Assembly: GCF_006345805.1 (NCBI RefSeq)
Contig: NC_043011.1
Span: 62,632,464 to 62,696,463, forward strand
Source: Octopus sinensis
Lineage: Eukaryota
Length of the DNA stretch: 64,000 nt
Direction of reading: 5' to 3'
Shown here: in pieces, positions 55,880-64,000 of the stretch
How positions within the stretch are numbered: the stretch's first letter is position 1
Layout of the letters: each line of letters opens with the position of its first letter
Made by a program: the position numbers and the translations under genes
The notes under the pieces: generated by a model
What the model was told of the DNA's origin: nothing
Database searches by the model: none
Seen by the model: only the letters and a program-made list of their open reading frames with translations

Positions 55880-56450
55880 GTCGCAGCTGTTAGATCTGCT
55901 CGCGTATTATATATCTCTCACAATAACATTAAAACCCGAAAAGTTCCTTCATTCAAACAAAACTAGAACAGTGTCCGGACTGCTTCTGAGACCCAGTGTT
56001 AAATGTGGAACCCGTCAGCCTTTGTAAAATGTGTGTAGCCTATGCCCAGGGGAATTCAACACTTCGTCCATAGACATTACGCTGACCTTCGAGAGCAAAA
56101 AGACATAGAGAAGCACAGCTCTGACCATTAATTCTCATTTCCTGGCTGTAAATCACCTGAGAAGAGAACGGGGAACCCACAGCCCCGGTTTATGCAGAAA
56201 ACAGCCCCTAAAATGCAAGAAATGTATTTTATTTAAACCCCACTATCTTGACCACAACGCATTGGGGATGATAACTGTAATTAATGATTTTATGGTCCCC
56301 GTTGATTGAACCTGCAGTAAAATACATACTATTTGTGACCATCACATCGATATTTGAACATTGAGTATCAAAAACCATTTTATTTCAATGTGTTTTGGGT
56401 TACGGAATATTATTGCGTTGTTTGACTAATGTTTAACATGGCTGTCTTTT
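55880..56450 (-). pseudogene. FN3-like remnant
   Basis: NPKHIEIKW, GSINGDHKIINYSY, GDLQPGNE-[frameshift]-ELMVRAV. Confidence 0.5.
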
Positions 56451-56529
56451 CTAGCAGGTCATGCGACGTATTGATGTTCTGTCGCCAATGCGTTCGAGAC
56501 AGCGAGTTCTAGAATCTAATAGAATATGA

Positions 56530-57234
56530 ATTAGTAAGAGATAAGAAAAAATACGGGAATGAAAGGAATGAATGTGTCAGAGATAAAGATAGAGAGAGAA
56601 GGAGAAGGAGAGAGAGAGGAAGATAAAAGGAACTGAACGTAGTGAGAAAGAGAGAGAGAGAGAGAAAAAGAGAGATGAAAAGAGAGAAAGAGAAAGAGAG
56701 AGAGAGAGAAAGAAAGAAAGAAAGAAATCAAGACAGACAAAGAGAAAGAGAGAGAAAGAAATAAAGACAAAGAGAAAGAGAGAGACAGGGGAGGATAGGT
56801 AAAGGAAGGAAATGTAAATTGAAAAAAAAAGGTGAGAGTGAAAAGTAGTGAGAGAAGGAGGGTGAGGCACGGCACCCCGGAAACGGAGAGGAAGAAGGAA
56901 AACGAGATGAAAGACAACGAAGATAGGGAAGGGGGAGGAGAGAGGAGAATGAGAAAGAGAGAGCGCGAAATGATATGATGGAGAAAGTAAAAATGAAAGA
57001 GAGAGAGAGAGAGAGGGGGGGATGGAAGGAGAGATAGAGAGAGAGAGAGAGAGTGAGGGAGACAGTGGAGAAACATAAATTGACAGAAATAAAGAGAGAG
57101 AGAGAGAGAGAGAGAGAGTGATGATAGAAAGAAAGACAGACTGAAAGAGATTGAGCGACAAACAGACAAATAACAAACAGACAGACATATAGATAGATAT
57201 ATGTATAGATAGATAGACAAATAGATAGAAAGAT

Positions 57235-57269
<35 letters not shown>

Positions 57270-57294
57270 CAAATATATATATATATATATATAT

Positions 57295-57335
<41 letters not shown>

Positions 57336-58050
57336 CAGGTAAATAGATAGAAAGATAGATGGTCTGTTAGATAGATAGCCTGATAAGGTATATAGATAGA
57401 CAGTTTGATAGATGAATAGACAGATAGGTAGATAGATATGTACGGTGAGTGTGGAATGATAAGATGGAGAGTGTAGAAATGAAGGTGAGAAGAGAGAAAG
57501 AACTTACAGGGTGGCAGAAAATGAGAGGGAGAGAGAGAGGAAGAGAGCGAGAGAAAGAGAGAGAGGAAGAGAGGGAGGAAGAGAGAGAGAGGAAGAACTT
57601 GAGAGAGAAAGAAAGAGAAAATGAGAGAGAGGGAGAGAGGAAGAGAGAGAGGAAGATAGAGAGAGGAAGAGAGAGATGAAGAGAAGAGAGAGTGAGAGAG
57701 AGGGAGATAGGAAGAGAAGAGAGAGTGAGAGAGAGGGAGATAGGAAGAGAGAGAGGAAGAGAGAGAAAGGAAGAGAGGAAGAGTGAGAGAGGAAGAGATT
57801 GAGGAAGAGAGAGAGAGAGGAAGAGAAAGAGGAAGAGAGAGAAAAGAAGAGAGAGATAAAAAGGAAAAAAAAGCAACAAAAAGGTGGGGGAGGGGGATGA
57901 GATAAGAAAGAGAAGGTAATGGCATTAATTTGAGAGTTGCTAAGAAATAATGGAAGCTGGATTGCAAAGCGGTGAAGGTGTCTATTGTTGGGTAAAGAGA
58001 AGAAACGGTTAGAGGGATGGGGGGTGGGGGGTGGAAGAACCGAAACATAT
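56530..58050 (+). repeat. Purine-rich low-complexity tract (GA, GATA, GGAAGAGA repeats)
   Basis: Direct reading; it generates the 505-aa artefact ORF. Confidence 0.9.
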
Positions 58051-58129
58051 TCGAGACAGTCAGAAGGAGGTAATTACGGGTATCAAATATGACGACGCAA
58101 CTTCTCTAATTACACCGTTATCCTTTATT

Positions 58130-58700
58130 CTATACTTTTTTTTTATCTTTTGCTGTTGTTGTTTATTTTTCATTTCTGTTTATTTTTTTATTTTATTATT
58201 CGTGTTTTAGTTTTACTTTGTATTCAAACGCGCTCTTCTTTCAAATCTTGTTGTTGTTATTGTTCAGCTTCTTTATCTCCTCCTCCTACTCCTCCTACTC
58301 CTCCTACTCTTCCACCACCACCACCACCTCATCCAACCCTCCTCCTCCTCATTCTTCTTTTATACGGTATTTTTTATGTGTTCCTTCTTTTTTTCTTTTT
58401 TGTCTTCTTTTGATGTCGTTGTTGTTGTTGTTGTTCTTCTTCTTCTTCTCCTTCTCCTCCTTCGCCTACTTTTTTCGTCTTTCCTTTTCTTCTTCATCAT
58501 CTTCTCACTCTTTTCTTCTTTTTCTTCTACTTCATTTTCTCACCTTTTCTCCTCTCTTCATTTTCTTTTTCATTATCTCACAGTTTTCTTCTTTTTCTTC
58601 TTTTTCTTCTCCACCATCTTCACCATCTTCTCACTCTTTTCCTCTTCTTCTTCTTCTTCTTCTTCTTCTTCTTCTTCTTCTTCTTCTTCTCTTTATTCCG
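58130..58700 (+). repeat. Pyrimidine-rich (CTT/CCT)n low-complexity tract
   Basis: Direct reading. Confidence 0.9.
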
Positions 58701-58726
58701 TACTTCTCATCTATTAGTGAGGGCGC

Positions 58727-58900
58727 ATGGCGTAGCTGATAGGGTGTTACACTCACGAACTAGCGATCATAATTTCAATTTCTAGACCAGGTGGTACGTT
58801 GTGTTCTAGCGTAAAGCACTTCATCTCCCGTCGGTCTGCGATCGCTTCACCACCTGACGCGTGGAACACCGCGCACCCTTTTAGACAACATGGATTTGAT
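58727..58900 (+). mobile_element. SINE family D-like diverged copy
   Basis: GGCGCATGGCGTAG...GTTGTGTTCTAGCGTAAAGCACTTCAT. Confidence 0.6.
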
Positions 58901-58999
58901 GGAGGGAGTGTGGCACAAATATTTGAACATTTGTGCACTTCGTTCAACAACACCTGAGCGGTCATTCGTCGTGTTCGACGAAAGAGTCCGTCATATACG

Positions 59000-59059
<60 letters not shown>

Positions 59060-59094
59060 TTACGTTTTTTATTCTTTTACTTATTGTACTCAAT

Positions 59095-59208
59095 CTATCG
59101 GTGTTTGCTTTCGAAGTTAAGGGGACGTAAACACACCAACATGGGTTTTCAAGCAATGGGGGAGGGGCAGACACGTGCACACAAACACATACATATATGC
59201 ATATATAC

Positions 59209-59241
<33 letters not shown>

Positions 59242-59276
59242 ATATAATATATATATAATATATATATATGTATGTT

Positions 59277-59350
<74 letters not shown>

Positions 59351-59505
59351 CAAGACGAGCTTCTTTCAGTTTCCGCTTATCAAATCCACTGACAAGGCTT
59401 TGGCCGACCCGTGGCCAAACTACAGTAAAGAAACTTGCCCAAGATGCCACGCAGCAGGACTGAAACCGGAACCAAATAGTTTGAAATCAAGCTTCTTAAC
59501 ACAAA
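59095..59505 (-). mobile_element. SINE family B with internal (TA)n expansion
   Basis: Head at ~59500, CTTTCAGTTTCC block, GGGGACGTAAACAC block. Confidence 0.8.
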
Positions 59506-59812
59506 GATGTTTGGTATGCATGTATGTATGTATGTATGTATGTATGTATGTGTGTGTGTGTGTATGTGTGTGTGTGTGTATATGAAGCATCGTGCGTGTC
59601 GGTTTGTAAATGCAGCTGCATCTAGCTGTGTCTGTGTGTTCGTTTTGTTGGCCTATGTTCCACGTCAACGTTTTGTATGTGCATATTATGTTTGTTCGTG
59701 TTTCTCTTTCTCTCTCTCTATACACACACACACACTCACACACACACACGCACGCACGCACACGCACGCACACACACATATACACACACACATACACACA
59801 CACGCACGCACA

Positions 59813-59858
<46 letters not shown>

Positions 59859-60094
59859 TATATATCCGTGTATGAATTTCCAGCTGTGAGTTTTAATCTG
59901 AAAACCTTGGTCCTATTATTCGATGCGATTTCGTTAAGAAACCGACACTGGGACGACCCATTCTTTTACCACGTGTAGTACTTATTCCATCTTTCGCTTA
60001 AGCCGAAAATGTGTTACCGGACGAAGACAAACATCGGTTATCAAGCGTTGGGAGGGGGAAAATACAGACACAAACACACACATATAGACATACA

Positions 60095-60128
60095 CATATG
60101 CAAAATTATATATATATATATATATAAT

Positions 60129-60208
<80 letters not shown>

Positions 60209-60216
60209 CATATATT

Positions 60217-60291
<75 letters not shown>

Positions 60292-60432
60292 CATATTCAT
60301 ACACATACATACATATAAATATATATTCATAATATGTATACATGTATATATATATATATATACTTATAAATATATATATATATATACATTTAAATATATA
60401 TATATATCTATATATATTATATATATATATAT
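60095..60432 (+). repeat. (TA)n-rich tract abutting the LINE 3' tail; many other (TA)n, (CA)n, (TCTA)n and (TAA)n tracts occur throughout the window
   Basis: Direct reading. Confidence 0.95.
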
Positions 60433-61889
60433 TTTTTCGCTTGTTTCAGCTCAGAGCTGCGGCCATGCTGATGCACCACCGTTTCGTGCTACACTGTTAT
60501 TACGAAGGACCTCCTCTAATATGTGGCACTTGGTGAAGAATGGAGTTTGATACAGCTACCCTCATTTGCACCTCTTGCCGTGAGGTAGGTTCATCTGGGA
60601 CTCTTGACAGGAAGAGGTCCAGCTTTGATTTAAAAACCGCTACATCTACTTTGTGCAAGTTCCTCAGAGTCTTTGGGAGAATATTAAAAGGCTGTGGGCC
60701 CTTGAAACCCAGGCAGTTGCAGAAGCTGGTCCTGAAGCGTGATGGCATTGCTGGGATCTTTGGCACTATGCAGTGTCGTCCCGTTCTAGCATTGGTGTAG
60801 CTTACAATGCCAAGATTTGGCACAATTCCTTCCAGGATCTTCCAGACATATATTACTGCATACCTCTCCCGTCTTCTCTCCAGGGAGTAGAGTCTTAGCT
60901 TTTTCAACCTTTCCCAGTAGCTGAGCTGTTGCAAAGAGACGATCTTCTTTGTGAATCTTCTCTGGATTGCTTCAAGGTCTGCTGTTAATTTTACACAGGT
61001 GGGTGACCATTGCTGTGAGCAGCAATCCAGGCGGCTGAGGACGAATGTCCGCCAGATGACCATCATTGTTTCCTTATCTCTGGTTCTGAATGTTCTTAGG
61101 ATCCATCAAGCCAGTCGTCTGCACTTTGTCGCCATCCTGGTAATGTGCACTTGGAAAGAGGTATCATCACTCATGTCGATAGCCAGGTCTGGGATTGAAG
61201 TTCCCTGTGGACCGGTGTATCCTGTAAGTTTAATATTCAGATGCTGGTAGCGCAAGGCCTGGAAGTTTTCAGCATTAAACTGCATATTATTATCCTCAGA
61301 CCATCTGTAGATTGAGTCCAACTCCTGCTGCAGGTGTGCAACATCGCTGGGGTTCTGTATTTTCTGCGAGACTTTCGTATCGTCTGCATAGCTTGCCAAA
61401 GTGGCTATCCGGGCATTTGAGGGCGTATCTGAGAGGGCCACTATAAAAAGCAGTGGTCCCAAGACAGTGCCCTGTGGAACACCGCTCACTATTTGTGTGT
61501 TCATAGAGGTGGCTCCATTAACCACTACTACCTGACTCCTATCTTTCAGGAAGTCATGTAACCACACTCCAAGTTTTCCAGCTATGCCGAGGTCACGCAG
61601 TTTGTGGCATATCATACCATGATCCACATTGTCAAAAGCTTTTGCAAAACCAAAGTAGATTACGTCCACATTTGATTTGTTGAGTAACTGCCTCAACACC
61701 CAGTCATAATGTTGTAAGAGCTGGGTCAGGCAGCTCCTACCTGGTTGAAAACAATGCTGGGTATCACTCAGCAAGTTATTTTCCTCAAGGAATGCGATTA
61801 GTTTCTTTCTGACTATCCGTTCCATGACTTTGCTGATGTGTGAAGTCAGAGAGATAGGCCTATAGTTTTTGGCATCTGCTCTACTTCCC

Positions 61890-61892
<3 letters not shown>
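60432..61892 (-). mobile_element. 5'-truncated CR1-like LINE (RT, C-terminus and 3' tail)
   Basis: SGVPQGTVLGPLLF, YADDTK, LYSLERRRERY; frameshift near 61100; the tail ends ...GAGCTGAAACAAGCGAAAAAA. Confidence 0.92.
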
Positions 61893-61944
<52 letters not shown>

Positions 61945-61960
61945 GATTTTATAATTTACA

Positions 61961-62965
61961 TAAACGACCTTTCCAGTGAAAATATTTGCTGATGACACTA
62001 AGCTCCAGCAAATCGTCAATGAAGAAGCAGACCGAACTCAACTCCAGTCTGATCTATATGCTGTGAGTCAATGGGCAGACAGAAACAAAATGCAACTGAA
62101 CGAGGGAAAATTTGAGCTGATGCATTTTGGAAGAAAGTCCACGCTAAAATAGCCATACTCTCTTCCTTCAGGGGAACCGCTCACAGCCTCTAACAATATC
62201 AGAGACCTGGGTGTAATTGTTGACGATCTCAGTTGGAGTGCATACATCAACAATAAGGTCGATATAGCTCGAAGGATGAGTTCCTGGATCTTAAGAACTT
62301 TCCGGTCCAGAGAACAAGGTGTCATCATACCACTTTTCTCCTCCTTTGTACTTCCACACCTCGAATACTGCTGCCCACTCTGGTCTCCTCATACAAGACA
62401 AAACATCTCGAGGATTGAATCACCCCAGAGGGCACTCACTAAACGAATTGAAGGCATGGCTGCTCTCGATTATTGGGACCACCTTAAAGCCTTGAAACTC
62501 TACTCCCTCCAGCGTCGCCGTGAGCGGTACATCATTTGTACGATGTGGAGAATATACAGACAACTTTGCCCAAACGACCTGAACATTAGCTTCAAGCTTC
62601 ATCCAAGACTTGGATCACGGGCCATACGTCCCCTGCCCAATTCAAGATCACAGCATACATGTACACTGCAACATAATTTCTTTTCATCAACGGGCCCCGC
62701 CCTATTTAACATTGTCCCGAAAGAGATCAAAGAGGAAAAGGATCCCATCAACTTTAAACGGAATCTGGATAGATTCCTTCAAGGAATACCAGATAAGCCA
62801 CCTATAATTGGATACAACTCACCCAACAAAAACTCACTACTTGAATGGACCATAAACAAAACTTGACTTAAACAGGATTCAGATAATCCTATCAGGTGGT
62901 GCTATTAAGTTAGACAAGGCCTGGACCAATCTTTGGTCGAAACATATCTAAGTTTTATCTAACGC
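61961..62965 (+). mobile_element. 5'-truncated CR1-like LINE, second family
   Basis: IFADDTK, IRDLGVIVD, LPHLEYCCPLWSP, LYSLQRRRERY; ORF stop at 62866 followed by a short 3' UTR. Confidence 0.92.
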
Positions 62966-63101
62966 ACACACATACATTTACACACAAACACATATATTTT
63001 AAACAAGAATGTTATTGACTCTGATTTTGATGTTTCTGTTAGTTAAACCGTTACCCGACGGCAATACTGGAAGGTAACCTTGTCTTTATATAGTCTCAGT
63101 T

Positions 63102-63430
63102 TCAATGAAAATCTTCCTTGGGCGTGTGGAAAATATCGTAAATAACAACAATAATACTGTAAAGAAATGCACCATGTAAAATATACCACCTACTTTTATT
63201 CTTAGGTGGACCCCTAAGAAATTCCATTGCATATAAAGTGGTGACGCACCCAATTGCTAAGGTTTTAAATGCGGCACTTTGTACTTTTGATCTTGGCAGA
63301 GGGTAAAGATTTAAAATTCCAATAAGACTAGAAATATATAAAATTCTTGTCATATCGTGTGCGACCCTCACAATGGGAAGGGAACTAATTATAAAGAATT
63401 GCTTGCCAAGTTCTGCGTATTCTTTTATTC
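63102..63430 (-). pseudogene. Stop-free unique frame of about 106 codons; FN3-like or membrane-protein-like
   Basis: ORF 63102..63518 minus its SINE-derived start. PLPRSKVQSAAFKTLAI and WYILHGAFLYSIIVV fit FN3 loosely; the hydrophobic runs allow another reading. Confidence 0.3.
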
Positions 63431-63436
63431 TTGTCT

Positions 63437-63810
63437 TTGTTTCAGTCATTCGACTACGGCCATACTGGAGCAGCACCTTTAGCCGAAGACATCGAACACC
63501 AGGACTTATCCTTTGCAAGCCTAGTGCTTATTCTATTGCCGAACCGCTAAGTTACGGGGACGTAAACATACGAGCATCGGTTGTTAAGCGATGTTGGAGG
63601 AACAAGCACAGATGCACATACATACACACAGCGCACACACACACACACATATATGTATATATATACGATGGGCTTCTTTCAGTTTCCGTCTAACAAATCA
63701 ACTCACAAGGCTTTGGACAGCCCGCGTTAGGCTATAGGAGAAGGCACTTTTCGAAGGTGCCACGCTATGGGACTGAACGCGGGACCATGTGTTTGGTAAA
63801 TAAGTTACTC
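63437..63810 (-). mobile_element. SINE family B, near full length
   Basis: Head at ~63810, body blocks, and tail CAGTATGGCCGTAGTC.AATGACTGAAACAAA. Confidence 0.85.
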
Positions 63811-64000
63811 ACTACACATCCACTCCAGCGTGTAGCACGACGAAACTTTTCTGCACGCTCCCGTCTACTGCCTGTGCATTGCGGGGTTGTGGATTTATGT
63901 CGAACAATTGCGGTCAAGTGTAGGACGGCTCTGTCTATCAGATGATTTCATCGTGAAAATCCCCACTTCCTCGGGAAGTCTAGGCTATGTTTCTTTGTCT

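Noticed and set aside
55876-56290. Plus-strand LRR-like words (RVLYISHNNIK, YLDHNAL) after a good acceptor
   Set aside because: The frame stops within 30 codons, and the minus strand gives a better-ordered FN3 motif series.
56531-58048. 505-aa Leu/Ser-rich ORF
   Set aside because: It is the antisense of a GA-rich low-complexity tract.

Overview
AT-rich eukaryotic DNA saturated with microsatellites, tRNA-headed SINEs, LINE fragments and Tc1/mariner fossils. From my recollection of these repeat families it looks like octopus (cephalopod) DNA; that is an inference, not a database result. I find no intact protein-coding gene, rRNA, true tRNA or CRISPR array, and most long ORFs in the track are microsatellite artefacts. 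Two signals stand out. (1) Most non-repetitive islands between about 3.3 and 63.4 kb translate on the minus strand into fibronectin type III (FN3)-like strand motifs broken by stops and frameshifts, some with GT-AG splice sites. This suggests the fossil of a very large FN3-repeat gene (or gene cluster) spanning the window. (2) Several small repeat families carry minimal type I hammerhead-ribozyme folds of the Penelope/retrozyme kind. These include an outward-facing inverted pair around a microsatellite and a family with a consistent A6-to-U core variant. All protein and RNA assignments were made by eye and need HMM/covariance-model confirmation. Coordinates of degraded elements are approximate.
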